This document shows, one piece after another, positions 34,401 through 47,639 of a stretch of DNA of 64,000 nucleotides. Position numbers and translations under genes: made by a program. Within the stretch, counting starts at the first letter, position 1; each line of letters opens with the position of its first letter. This DNA comes from Isurus oxyrinchus. Taxonomy: Eukaryota. A model generated the notes under the pieces. It had not been told where the DNA came from and made no database searches. It saw only the letters and a program-made list of their open reading frames with translations. Location of the stretch: positions 190,650,001 through 190,714,000 of the forward strand of contig JANJGN010000004.1 in the NCBI GenBank assembly GCA_026770705.1. Reading direction: 5' to 3'.

Positions 34401-35236
34401 TAAAGGACATCAGTGTATCAGATGGACCTTTAAAATAATCAATGATAGTTTGTCTTGGTCACAAATTCCAGATTTTTAAAATTATTTGAAGTTAAATTCT
34501 ACCAGCTAGCATGGTTGGATTTGAACCCTGAGTATTAGCCAAGTTCTCTGGATTGCTAGTCTAGTGACATTACCAAAGCACCACTGTCTCTCTGACTTCA
34601 GTGGGGTATGATCAATAAATGCTGGCCTTGCCAAAGGTACCCACATCCCAAAAACAAATAAAATAAAACACAGATCAGTTTGCAGAAGAGGTTTTGCAAG
34701 GCCACTGCTGATTTCTGACACACTTCAAGTTGCATAAACTTGGCTTGTGTTCCCTTGAGCATAGAAAATTAAGGAGTGATCTGATTTAAGTGTTTAACTG
34801 GAGTAGATACAGAGAAGCTGCTTCCTCTGGCGGAATCGAGAACAAGGGGACACAATCTTAGAGCGTTCGGGGGGTGGGGAGGGGGTATATCAGGAAGTAC
34901 TTTTTCACATAAAGGCCAGTGGAGATCTGAAACATAATCCCCCAAAAGACTGAAGATCAATTGGAGCTTTCAAAACTGAGATGAATAGATCTTTTTTAGG
35001 TGAGTGTGTTTTGACCCTGTTCATATTTTATCAGCTCGGTCTGTGTGTTTTAGTTTTGATGTCAGTCATGGGGAGCGAATTTTGACAGCTCTTTAAAATT
35101 TGCCATCCCTGAAAGCCAGGCTTTGAGACTTTGTGTTGATGACACAAAGCCTGAGGAACCTTTTATATGTGTGTACCTCTGAGATGAAGCTCCATTTGGC
35201 AACAATTTCATTTAATCACTCGTTCTGGGGAGAAGA

Positions 35237-35592
35237 TGGTGTCGTGGTAATGTCACTGGACTAGTAATCCAGAGGCCCAGGCTTAATGCTCTGGGCACAG
35301 GAGCTGGTGGAATTTAAATTCAATTGCAGGCTAGCCCGAATCTGGTCACCATGCAACTATCATCGATTGTCATAAAAAACCCATCTGGTTCACTAATGTT
35401 TTTTAGGGAAGGAAATCTGCCGTCCTTACTCAGTCTGGCCTACATGTGACTCCAGACCCAAAGCAATGTGGTTGACTCTTAATTGCCCTCTGAAATGGCC
35501 GAGCAAGCCACTCAGTTCAAGGACAGTTAAGGATGGGCAACAAATGCTGGTCTTGTCAGTGACCCCCACGTCTTGTGAACGAATAAAAAAAA
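35237..35592 (+). mobile_element. Second tRNA-headed SINE family; related copies ~22993-23690 (split), 26700-27000, 32840-33220, 34180-34660, 50950-51290(-)
   Basis: Shared core ctggttcactaatgt..tagggaaggaaatctgccgtccttac; 3' tail shared with the second LINE lineage. Confidence 0.75.
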
Positions 35593-36919
35593 ACCCCAAT
35601 GAAGTAAGCAACAGTAAAGACTGCGCTGATTCTGACAAATAGTGTGAATGTATGATCAGAATTTTTAGGAGGCCATTGATAGAGGTGCGTGTATGTTATA
35701 TATATATTGTGTTTTATATATGTGTGTGTATATATATGGGCATTTCTATATCAAAAGCGTGAATCTGTTTAACTACATATTTCATATTATACAAACACAT
35801 TGTAATTCTGCTACAGCAGTATGTGTCTATATGTGTATAATTAATAGGTATTCATAGGATGTGGGTGTTTCTGGCAAGGCCAGCATTTATTGTCTGTCCC
35901 TAATTGCCCCTTTGCTTGATTTACCACTCTCACTGAAAGGTCAATTTAACAACAAGCTCAGTGTCCTTTGAGACAAGTTTTGACCAAGATCAGATAAGTC
36001 GATGGAAGCCATGAGAAGGCTGTCCTCATCCACCCCATCCCTCGAGAGGCTGGTGGTGAGCTACCTTCTTGAACTGCTGCAGTCCATGTGGTGTAGGTAC
36101 ACCCACAGTGCTGTTAGGAAAGGAGCTCCAGGATTTTGACCCAGTGACAGTGAAGGAACGGTGATGTGGTTCTAAGTCAGGATGGTGAGTGACTTGGAGG
36201 GGAACTTGTAGGTGGTGAAGTCCCCATGCATCTGCTGCCCTTGTCCTTCTAGGTGGTAGAGGTTGCAGGTTTGGAAGGTGCTGTCAAAGGAGCCTTGGTG
36301 AATTGCTGCAGTGCATCTTGTAGGAGGAACACACTGAATATATGTGTATAATATATACATGCACTTGGTCAATTCTACAACCAAAGTTGTAACAACAATG
36401 TAGAGATCCCATCCTTTCCCACACTGTCGGATTGAGGAAGCTCTTTCTCTCTCCACATTGCTATCCTGGTTATTTCCCAAATTTCCTGTTTAATTTCAGA
36501 TTTTCAGCTATCACAGAATCTGACCTTTGTTGCGTTTTATTGTGTTTCTTCATCTTGTGTTTAGGGCCTGTGCTAGGTCATGTCTGTAAACTGGACTAAT
36601 GAGGGGGCAGGCTTTAATCCACAGCCAATTCCAGTACTCATTTTTTATTCCCCTCCCACCGCTCACACTAAATAACTCATTAGGTTGATGCGCTACCTGC
36701 AGTGTTATTGCTATGCAGTCTAGAGACCATTTTGGCCTACACTGCCTTAGATGATCACAGCCAGAGTGGCTCTGTGCCCATGAGGCTAAGGACAACATTC
36801 CTGCTGCTGATGCTAGGATTGGCTGTAAAAGGTTTGCTTTGTGGGGAAGGAGTATGCTCAGCTGCGGAACCTTGGCAACCAAATAATCTTGGCTCAACTT
36901 GAAGGAAACTAGTACCTTC

Positions 36920-38163
36920 TAAGAACAAAGAAAAGTACAGCACAGGAACAGGCCCTTCGGTCCTCCAAGCCTGCGCTGATCATATTGCCCGTCAACTGAA
37001 ACATTTTGCACTTCTGGGGTCTGTATCCCTCTATTCCCATCCTATTCATGTATTTGTCAAGCTGCCTTTTAAACACCACTATCGTACCTGCTTCCACCAC
37101 CTCCTCTGGCAGCGAATTCCAGACACTCACTACCCTCTGTGTAAAAAACTTGCCCCGCACATCTCCTCTATAGTTTTCTCCTCTCACCTTAAATCTATGT
37201 CCCCTAGTAATTGACTCTTCCACCCTGGGAAAAAGCTTCTGACTATCTACTCTGTCCATGCCACTCATAATTTTGTAAACTTCTATCAAGTTGCCCCTCA
37301 ATCTCCGTCGCTCTAGTGAGAACAATCCGAGTTTCTCTAACCTCTCCTCATAGCTAATAACCTGCAGACCAGGCAGCATCCTGGTAAACCTCCTCTGCAC
37401 CCTCTCCAATGCCTCCATATCCTCTAGTAATGTGGCAACCAGAATTGCACGCAATATTCCAAGTGTGGGCTAACCAAGGTTCTATTCAGCTGCAGCATGA
37501 CTTCCCAGCTTTTATACTCAATTCTCTTGCCAATGAAGGCAAGCATGCCATATGCCTTCCTGACTACCTTATCCACCTGAGTTGCCACTTTCAGTGACTT
37601 TGGACCTGTACACCCAGATCCCTCTGCCCGTCAATGCACTTAAGGGTTCTGCCATTTACTGTATAATTCCTACCTGTATTAGACCTTCCAAAATGCATTA
37701 ACTCGCATTTGTCCGGATTAAACTCCATCTGCCATTTCTCTGCCCAAGTCTCCAACTGATCTACATCCCGTTGTATCCTTTGACAATCCTCTTCACTATC
37801 TGCAACTCCTCCAACCTTAGTGTCCTCTGCAAACTTACTAATTAGCCCAGTTACATTTTCCTCCAAATCATTTATGTATACTACAAACAGCAAAGGTCCC
37901 AGCACTGATCCCTGTGGAACTCCACTAGTCACAGCTCTCCATTCAGAAAAGCACCCTTTCACTGCTACCCTCTGTCTTCTATGACCAAGCCAATTCTGTA
38001 TCCATCTTGCCAGCTCACCTCTGATCCCGTGCGACTTTACCTTCTGTACCAGTCTGCCAGGAGGGACCTTGTCAAAGGCCTTACTGAAATCCATGTAGAT
38101 AACATCCACTGCCCTTCCATTGTCGATCATCTTTGTTACTTCCTCGAAAAACTCGATCAAGTT
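36920..38163 (-). mobile_element. CR1 family C, 5'-truncated RT-3' end
   Basis: ORFs 37591-38160 and 36909-37454 ([25 protein letters not shown]); tttgttctt tail. Confidence 0.92.
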
Positions 38164-38829
38164 AGTATGGTACCAGAGAGTTACAAAGGAACATTGGGAG
38201 GGGGAAGAAAGTTAGCAACCAAAATAAACCAGTAAAAGCAGAAACTCTCTTGACTCCTAATCACCATCGAACACCCACTGTTAGAAAATGGTGTCTAAGG
38301 ACCATGAGTCAGGAAAATATCTTGGCTTATCAGCTCGGGGCATATTTTCTGCGAGCTGTCATCGCGTGACCTCCTGCTTCTCTTCCCCCGCCCGGCCCCA
38401 CCCCTTATTCCTACCATCCCTCAGTGGCTGTGGGAAGCGGGACCCCATCAGCAAGTGACTAGACTGTTCCTTACCTGATTGGGTGATTAGTGCCTGTCAG
38501 TCAAACAGCCTTTTCTTCCCCCATCTCGACATTTTAATAAATGGTAAACTAAAGTGCTTATAGAACATTTAAATCTTTTTAATGCCCCTATGATCTTCTC
38601 CTGGATTTGTTCACAGCAGTGCCCTGGATTAAACTTTAATTCCCGCAGACTCAGTATTTGACAAATAAAGGAGATTATGTTTAAATAGCACCTTTCACAT
38701 CCTCGGGACATCACAAAAGAACTTCAGGGCTAAGGAGTTATTTTCTCTCGGAGTGTCTCACTTGTAATGTAGGCACAGCAAGATCCCACAAACAGCACTG
38801 AAATGGGAGACTTTTTTTTGTTTAGGGTG

Positions 38830-39290
38830 TCAGCTATGGTCGGCGAGTAGAACACTCACTTCTGAGTCAGAACGTTCTGGGTTCAAGTCCCACTCCAGTG
38901 CTTGAGCAAAAAAAAAATCATGGCTGACTCTCCAGGGTCAGCAATGGGGGAGTGCTGGAGTGTCGGAGGTGCCGTCCTTTGGATGAAACGTTAAAGCGAG
39001 CCCAGACTGCCTCCTCAGGTGGATGTAAAAGAACCTATGACAATATTTTGAAGAGCAGGGGAGTTCTCCCCGGTGTCCTAGCCAATGTTTACCCCTCAAT
39101 CAACATCACAAAAACAGATTATCTGGTCATTATTACATTGCTGTTTGTGGGATCTTGCTGTGTGAAAATTGGCTGCTGTTTCCTACATTACAACTGTGCC
39201 AATATTTCAAAAAGTGCTTAATTCGTTGTAAAGCACTTTGGGATGTCCAGTGGTTGTGAAAGTCACTATATAAATGCAAGCCTTTTTCTT
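38830..39290 (+). mobile_element. tRNA-headed SINE with Deu-like core (SacSINE1/AmnSINE1 type); related copies ~6160-6340(-), 8170-8575, 9820-9990, 19345-19570(-), 26025-26440, 30355-30600, 54500-54775
   Basis: B-box ggttcaagtcc; core ggaggtgccgtcctttggatgaaacgttaaa...gaagagcaggggagttctcc; tail ...ctatataaatgcaag; family name from recall. Confidence 0.75.
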
Positions 39291-40745
39291 TATGGGCAAA
39301 GTTGGTCAATAATGTGGCATGGCTCAGCCTGATTCCACATGATTAGACTGGCCCTTTGGAGCCCAAGGTAAGTTGAAAGGGCTTTCCTGAAAAACCCAGG
39401 TCCCGACTAGTTCTTGAGGTCTTCAGGGGTCAGAAGAGAAAGGAAGAATCAGCACAAAATGTTGTAAACTATAAATCTGGGCTCATCCTGATGTTGCAAA
39501 AGTGGCCTTGGAATGTTTGATGGAAGTTTGTTATTCATTGCCCAATGATATTAGGGGAACCATTTTATCAGCAACTGCTGATTGTCAAAGAATTGTGTCT
39601 AACATTTTAATCCAAGATTACAATAATTGTATAACCTAGTAATTTCTACAATGTTGCTATGTGTTATGTATAATGGAATCTTCAGTGTAAACTATTGGTC
39701 TGGTCCCAATGAGTGTACTGATGAGAATTCTTGTCTTTATATTTTGATTATTGTTTCAACAAATATGCCTTAATATAAAATGAGATTACTGCCATTCCAT
39801 TATCTCCTCCAAGAAAAATTAAAAGACTATCTTTCGAGAACATGCAAACGTTTTCTATCCTATCGCTGCTGCTGGGACATAGTGTTAAGCCTTGTAATGT
39901 CAGCATGAGCCATCTACCTCTGTACGCTTGGAAAATGAAGTGGGGGTGTTAACCCTTACAGTTCCAGGCTCTCCATGGAGTCATGTACCTTCTCTAGACT
40001 CTGGGGGAGGGGGTAAAGAGGAGTGAAAGTAAGAACGTAAATAGGAACAGGAGAAGACCATACAGCCCCGTGACCCTACTCCATCATTCAGTATAATCGT
40101 GGCTGATCCTCGATCTCAAATCCACTTTCCTGCCCGCTCCCCATATCCCTCGAGTCCCTTTGAAACTGAAAATCTGTGTCTTAAGTATATTCAATGATGG
40201 AATATTCATAACCCTTCGGGGTAGAAAAGTCCAAAGATTCGCAACCCTTTGAGCGAAGGAGTTTCTCCTCATCTCGGTCCTAAATGATCAGCCCCTTATC
40301 CTGAAACTGTGCTTCTTGTTCTAGATTCCCTAGCCATGGGAAACAAACTCAGTTTCTACCCTGTCGAGCCCCTTCAGGATTTTGTATGATCACATCACAT
40401 TCTTCTAAACTCCAGAGAATATAGATCCAATTTACTCAACCTCTCATCCAAGGCGTTAATTCTTGTGCCTGCAGTTGCAAAGAACTTTCTGATTCCAATA
40501 CACACAGGTTGGTAAGGGAGGGAGAGAGAGAGGAGTAACATTAGCACAAGCTGGGGAAAGGGGAATTGAGAAGGAAGGAGCTATGTTCAGGGAACCCTGT
40601 GCCTCCCTTAATGCTGTGTTCGGATGATGTAGAGAGGTTGTTAAATGCACCTCTTCAATGCATTAGAGAACTCTAACATTGCTGAAAAAGACATGTCAAA
40701 GCTTTTCTTGTACTCATCAGGTCACTTCACAAGAATACCAATATA

Positions 40746-43700
40746 CCATAAGACATAGGAGCAGAATTCCGCCCATTGAGTCTGCTCTGCCATTCAATCA
40801 TGACTGATAAGTTTCTCAACCCCATTCTCCCGCCTTCTCCCAATAACCTTTGATTCCCTTACCAATTAAGAACCTATCCATCTCCTTCTTAAATACACTC
40901 AATGACCTGGCCTCCACAGCCTTCTGTGGCAATGAATTCCATAGATTCACCACTCTCTGGCTGAAGAAGTTTCTCCTCATCTCAGTTTTAAAAGGTCTTC
41001 CCTTTACTCTGAGGCTGTGCCCTTGGGTCCTAGTCCCTCCTACTAATGGAAACATCTTCCCCACGTCCACTCTATCCTTTCAGTATTCTGTAAGTTTCAA
41101 TCAGATCCCCCCCTCGTCCTTCTAAACTCCATCGAGTATAGACGCAGAGTCCTCAAACGTTCATCATATGTAAGGCCTTTCATTCCTGGGATCATTCTCG
41201 TGAACCTCCTCTGGACCCCCTCCAGGACCAGCACTTCCTGAGATACGGGGTCCAAAATTGCTCACAATATTCTAAATGTGCTCTTATAAAGCCTCAGCAG
41301 CACATCCCTCTCGAAATAAATGGCAACATTGCATTTGCCTTCCTAACTACCGACTCAACCTGCAAGTTAACCTTAAGAGAATCCTGGACTAGGACCCCTA
41401 AGTTCCTTTGCAGTCCAGATTTCTGAATTCTCTCCCCATTTAGAAAATAGTCAATGCCTCTATTCTTCCTACCAAAGTGCATGACCTCACATTTCCCCAC
41501 GTTGTATTCCATCTGCCACTTTGCCCATTCTCCTAACCTGTCCAAATCCTTCTGCAGCCTCCCCACCTCCTCAATACTACCTGTCCCTCCACCTATCTTT
41601 GTATCATCTGCAAACTTAGCCAGAATGCCCTCAAGTTCCTTCATCTAGATCATTAATGTATAAAGTGAAAAGTTGTGGTCCCAACACTGATCCCTGCGGA
41701 ACTCCACTAGTCACCAGCCGCCATCCTGAGAAGAACCCCCTTATCTCCGCTCTCTGCCTCCTGCCAGACAGCCAATCTTCTATCCATGCTAGAACCTTGC
41801 CTCTAACACCATGGGCTCTTATCTTACTGAGCAGCCTCCTGTGCGGCACCTTGTCAAAGGCCTTCTGGAAATCCAAGTAGATAACATCCATTGGCTCTTT
41901 GTCTAACCTACTCGTTACCTCCTCAAAGAATTCTAACAGTTTTGTCAGGCATGACCTCCCCTTGATGAAACCATGCTGACTTTGCCCTATTTTACCATGC
42001 ACTTCCAAGTATTCCGAAATCTCATCCTTAATAATGGACTCTAAAATCTTACCAACGACCGAGGTCAGGCTAATCGGCCTGTAATTTCCCATCTTTTGTC
42101 TCACTTCCTTCTTAAACAGGGGGGTTACATTAGTGATTTTCTGGGACCCTTCCTGACTCCAGTATTCCTGAAAGATCACCACTAACGCATCCACTATCTC
42201 TTCAGTTATCTCCTTCAAAACTCTGGGGTGTAATCCATCTGGTCCAGGTGATTTATCCACCTTCAGACCTTTCAGTTTTCCTAGCACTTTCTCCTTGGTA
42301 ATGGCCACCATACTCACCTCTGCCCCCCAACTCTCTTGAACTTTGAACACTGTGAAGACTGACACAAAGTACCTATTCAGTTCCTCCGCCATTTCTTTGT
42401 TCCCCACTATTACTTCTCCAGCATCATTTTCCAGTGGCCCAATGTCCACTTTTGCCTCTCTCTTACCCTTTATATATCTAAAAAAAACCTCTTGCAATCT
42501 TCTTTTATATTACTGGCTAGTTTACCCTCATATTTAATCTTCTCCCTCCTTATTTCTTTTTTAGCTGTCCTCTGTTGGTCTTTGTAGGCTTCCCAATCCC
42601 CTGGTTTCCCACTGCTCTTCGCCGCATTGTATGCTTTCTCTTTAGCTTTTATGCTGTCCCTGACTTCCTTTGTCAGCCATGGTTGCCTCGTCCTCCTTTT
42701 AGTATGCTGCTTCCTAGGGATGAATTTTTGCTGTGTCTCCCAAATTACTCCCAGAAATTCCTGCCATTGCTGTTCCACTGTCTTTCCTGCTAGGCTCATT
42801 TCCCAGTCAATTCTGGCCAGCTCCTCCCTCATGCCTCTGTAGTTTCCTTTATTCAACTGTAATATCGTTACATCTGATTCCAGCTTTTTCCTCTCAAATT
42901 GCAGGGTAAATTCTATCATATTATGGTCACTTCCTCCTAAGGGTTCCTTCACCTTAAGCTCCCTTATCAAATCTGCCTCATTACACATCACTAAATCTAG
43001 AATTGGCTGTTCCCTAGTGGGCTCCACCACAAGCTGCTCCAAAAAGCCATCTCGTAGACATTCCACAAATTCCTTTTCTTGGGATCCACTACCAATCTGA
43101 TTTTCCCAGTCTACCTGCATATTGAAATCCCCCATGATCACTGTAACCTTGCCTTTCTTACACGTCTTTTCTATCTCCTGGTGTATCTTGTGCCCCACAT
43201 CCTGACTACTGTTCGGAGGCCTGTACATAACTCCCATTATGGTTTTTTCACCTTTGCGGTTCCTCAACTCTACCCACACAGATTCTACATCATCTGACCC
43301 TACGTCATTTCTTGCTATCGATTTAATTTCATTTCTTACTAACAAAGCAACCCCACCCCCTCTGCCAACCTGCCTATCTTTTCAATAGGATGTATATCCT
43401 TGAATATTTAGCTCCCAGTCCTGATCCCCTTGCAGCCATGTCTCTATGATGCCCACCACATCATACCTGTCAATTTCAATCTGCGCCACAAGCTCATTTA
43501 GCTTATTTCGTATACTGCATGCATTCAGATACAACACCTTCAGTCCTGTATGTCCCATCCCCTTTCTCACTGTCATCCCTTTATCTGATGTGCTTGAAGT
43601 TAGATTCCTAGCCCTTTCCAAACACTCTGGCCTATTTTGTGGTCTGGAGACTTTAATAGCCTCTCCTGGGCTCTCCTTTCTTTTCAGTTTTTTCATAGCT

Positions 43701-45021
43701 TTCCATGAAGTTGAATCTAGCCCCCCAAACACGCTAACCTGCTGCTTTGTTTCCCATTAGTCATACTTCTTGGAGTTTTACTCCCCCCCCCCCCCCCCCC
43801 ACTTTCTAGTTTAAAGTCCTGTTGACCACCCTATTTACCCTTTTTGCTAGAACATTGGTCCCAGGTCGGCTCAGGTGGAGACCGTCCCAACGGTACAGAT
43901 CCCTCCTGTTCCAATACTGATGGCAATGCCCCACGAAATGGAACCCCTCTTTCCCGCACCACTCCCTTAGCCATGTGTCTACTTCCCTTATTCTCGCGTC
44001 CCTATGCCAATTTGCACATGGCTCGGGTAGTAATCCGGAGATTATAACCCTTGAGGACCTGTTCTTTAAGTTAGTTCCTAGTTCCTGATAATCCCCAAAC
44101 AGGTCCTCTTTCCTAGTCTTACCTATGTTATTTGTCCCGACGTGGACCACAACAACTGGATCCTCCCCCTCCCTCTCCAATATCCTTTCAAGCCGGTCAG
44201 AGATGTCCCTCACCCTGGCACCGGGCAGGCAACATACCATGCGGGACTCTCGATCCTGCTTACAAAGGATGCTATCAATTCCCCTAATTATAGAATCCCC
44301 TACAACTACCACTTGTCTTTTTGCTCCCCCCTCTTGAATGGCCTCTTGTGCCACGGTGCTGTGGTCAGCTGGCTCATCCTCCCTACAGTCCTGTTCCTCA
44401 TCCACACAGGGAGCAAGTACCTCGTACCTGTTGGACACGGTCAAGATCTGAGGTCCCTCTGTTCCTGAATACAGGATCCCTCTCCCTGCCTCACTTGTAG
44501 TCACATCCTGCTGACCCTGACCACTGACTGAACTTGAGGTACTTAATCTACCGGGTGTGACCGCCTCCTGAAACAAAGCGTCCAGGTAACTCTCCCCCTC
44601 CCAGATGTGCCGCAGCGTCCGGAGCCTAGGGTCCAGCTCATCAATTCTGAGCCGGAGTTCCTCCAGCAACCAACACTTGCTGCAGATGTGGTCACTGCGG
44701 CTCGCAATGGGATCTGCCAGCTCCCACATTATACAGCTACAGCACATCTCCTGCCCAACCATCTCGACTTAGATAATTAATTTATTAATTAGCTTCGCAG
44801 TGTTTTTTTTCAAATTTGGTGCCAATTTCCTATCAACCAATCAGGTCGCAGCTTTCCTGTGTTGTCACTTTTTCAGTTTTGGCTTCAGTTACTCTGTGCC
44901 CCGAGGTCACCACTCCGGTGCTCCTCCCAGATTTATACTCACCGCTCTGGTGCTCCTCCCTCCGAGTCTGCTCCCAGGATTTACTCACCAATCAGCTGCT
45001 TCTTCTTTAAAATCCACTTTC
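40746..45021 (-). mobile_element. CR1 family A copy 4, near full length (lacks 5' monomers), TSD CAATATA
   Basis: ORF1 43806-44762 open; ORF2 in frameshifted pieces 40816-43732; CAATATA at 40739-40745 and 45024-45030. Confidence 0.95.
43806..44762 (-). CDS. CR1 ORF1p: Cys/His zinc finger, coiled coil, SGNH esterase (318 aa, uninterrupted)
   Basis: CCSC...DHICSKC; [12 protein letters not shown]; SNRYEVL; VVVVGDSII, VGTNN, DGLHL blocks. Confidence 0.85.
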   Translation of the reverse strand: MVGQEMCCSCIMWELADPIASRSDHICSKCWLLEELRLRIDELDPRLRTLRHIWEGESYLDALFQEAVTPGRLSTSSSVSGQGQQDVTTSEAGRGILYSGTEGPQILTVSNRYEVLAPCVDEEQDCREDEPADHSTVAQEAIQEGGAKRQVVVVGDSIIRGIDSILCKQDRESRMVCCLPGARVRDISDRLERILEREGEDPVVVVHVGTNNIGKTRKEDLFGDYQELGTNLKNRSSRVIISGLLPEPCANWHRDARIREVDTWLREWCGKEGFHFVGHCHQYWNRRDLYRWDGLHLSRPGTNVLAKRVNRVVNRTLN

Positions 45022-47639
45022 CACAATATAAGGAGAAAACAACAATTTATATTATATGAGAAGAGAGTACTTATTGGGTGGCAAGTGGACTCTGATTGGT
45101 AGAGGCATTGCCATGAAGATTGCACCAGTGATGGTTGAACATTGTTTGAAATTTAAACCAGGGGGCTTGACCTTGATTGGTCAAGGCATTGACCTGATGA
45201 ATGAGTCAGCAAATGGCTGTCACTGATTTTGTTTAGCTGAAACAGGCGCAAAGTGTGTACATGTTCTTTCTGTCTGCAAAGAACAAGGTCCGGTGTATTA
45301 ATAGAACACTCTCCGAGACGCGGTGCATGCTTTCACGATTGAAGTTCATGGATTTGTGTTGGGAAGGACTTTTGAGGGATATGGAGCAAAGGCTGGGAAA
45401 TGGAATTCCAAGTACAGATCACCCATGGTGGAGCAGGCTTGAGGGGATGAATGGCCTTCTTCCTGTTCCTAATGTTCATATCTGGATCATCAATTCACCA
45501 ATCACCTTTCAGGGAAGGGAACTTGCCACCTACACCTGGTCTAGACCATGCGCCACTCCAGTCCTACACAATGGCTCATTACTGCTGGTGATGCAGCCAA
45601 AAAGGTCCCGCCAAAGGTAAGTGCCTTTGTGTCTTTTTGTGGGCTGTAGAGAAACCAGAGTGAAAAATCAAGAGGATCGTGGTCACTGCCATTGGGATCC
45701 ACCCCCCCCCCCCAACTCCAATACCTTCAGCACTTAGTGGCTGCCCCCACCCAGACTTCAGGTCTCAAAACAGCGAGCGACATCAGGACACATGTTTGGC
45801 ACCCAGCAGCTTGTTAAATTGTAAGTAAGGCTGGAGCCTTGGAGTGTTGTGCTAGGGAATGGGAAGCCTCATATGATGTTTAAATAGGTCCAGTTATGTA
45901 GAATTTACAGCACAGAATGATTCAGCCCCAACTGGGGCATGTAGTTGTTTATGCCCCACATTAGCTCCTGACACACTACATCTACTCCATATCCTTCTAA
46001 TCCTTTCTGCTTGGTGTCTTCATCGAGCTTTCCCTTCAATCTCTCTATATTATTCACCTCAATCACTCCCTGTGGTAGTGAGTTCCATGTTCTAACCACT
46101 CACTGGATAAATGAATTTCTCTTGAACTGTTTCTGCTGGGGTAGGGGTAGACATCTCCAACAGCCGCACTGAGTTTCTATGAGGAGAACATGGAGGAAAC
46201 ATTGAATGGTGACAGAAGCCGTGAGTAAGGACCATGACCCGCACAAGGGACGTCATGACAAGTTCAACTATTGACTGCCATTCCCGCTAATCTGGGTGGC
46301 AGACCTACAGTACAATGGGCAGTGATAAACACCAAAAGACTCAGAGATGAGGAGCCACCAGTATCAAAACATCCACTGCAATCAGCATTGCTGATAAACA
46401 CAGGCGTCTATAAGGGGCGACCAATCTACACGTTTGCAGCAAGTCTCCTCAGCAACTGGCCTTGAGAAATCATAAACAAAATGGAATAATATACCAGACT
46501 TCAAACTCTGCTGTGAGGATTTCACCGTTTTACTTTCTAACCCTTGACTCATTTTAAATTAAATTTAAAATTATTAGGCTATGGGTTATTTTCTAGCATA
46601 AATACCATTTAATATGCCACACTGAAAGACACACAATTTTGCTTTCTTTGGATAGAAACAAAATAAGCTGCTTTTTTTATGGTGTGTTGTGATCTGGAAT
46701 GTGCTGCCTGAATGGGTGTTGGAACCAGATTCCATAGAACTCCCAAAATAAATTTGGATTATTAGTTAAAGGGAAGAATTTATAGGGCTATGGGGAAAGA
46801 GCAGGAACTGGGAATAATTGGATAGCTCAAGGGTCTGATTTGGGCATGATGGGTGTCTGGTGTCCAGTGCTGCATGATTTTAAGTTTAATAACTTTGATA
46901 TGCTGTCACTCATACAAATTCCCATTTGCCTTCCCTGCTCACCATTAACGTCAGGCTGTGGGTAGGGAGAGGGATGGAGTCGGTAGCTAGGGAACAGAGT
47001 TTGGAATAGGAGCCAAAAACAATGACTTCAGCCTTCCCAATATTTAATCTGAGGAGATTCCAAGTGCCTCATAATGACCTCCTCCTTGGGGGTTGTTCAG
47101 TGGTTGATACTGATCTCTTCCCAGATCATTATCTCTCACTCACATTTTGTCACCTGAAAGGCTAAGTCATTATAAGACACTATTTAGGCCTCAGCTGGAG
47201 AATTGTGTCCAATTCTGGGCATCACAAATTCACAAGGAAATTAAGGCCTTGTTGAGGGTTATGAGGTTTTATTAGAGTGGCATCAGGGTTAGGGGACTTC
47301 AGTCATTGTGAAGAGAGTGGAGAAGCAGGGGTTCTCCATGGGAAAAGGGTTAAGGGGAGATTTAGTAGAAATGTTTGTGATCGGTTTTGATGGAGTGAAT
47401 GGGGGAAAACCAGGAGGGGGAGGTAAGCAAAGGATATAGATTTAAGATAATTGGCAAATGAAAAAGAAAGATCAGAAATGTTATTACACAGTGAATTATG
47501 ATCTGGAATGCACTGCCTGAAAGGGCAGTAGAGTCAGATTCAATATTAACTTACGGAAGCAAATTGGATAAATTTCATGAAAGGGAAAATTTTGCAGGAT
47601 CACTGAGAAAGAAAAGGGGAATGGGACTAATTCATCATA

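Noticed and set aside
45548-45622. ATG...AAG|GTAAGT as leader exon of the V domain
   Set aside because: Phase 0 (the V exon needs phase 1), peptide not hydrophobic, start overlaps a SINE remnant
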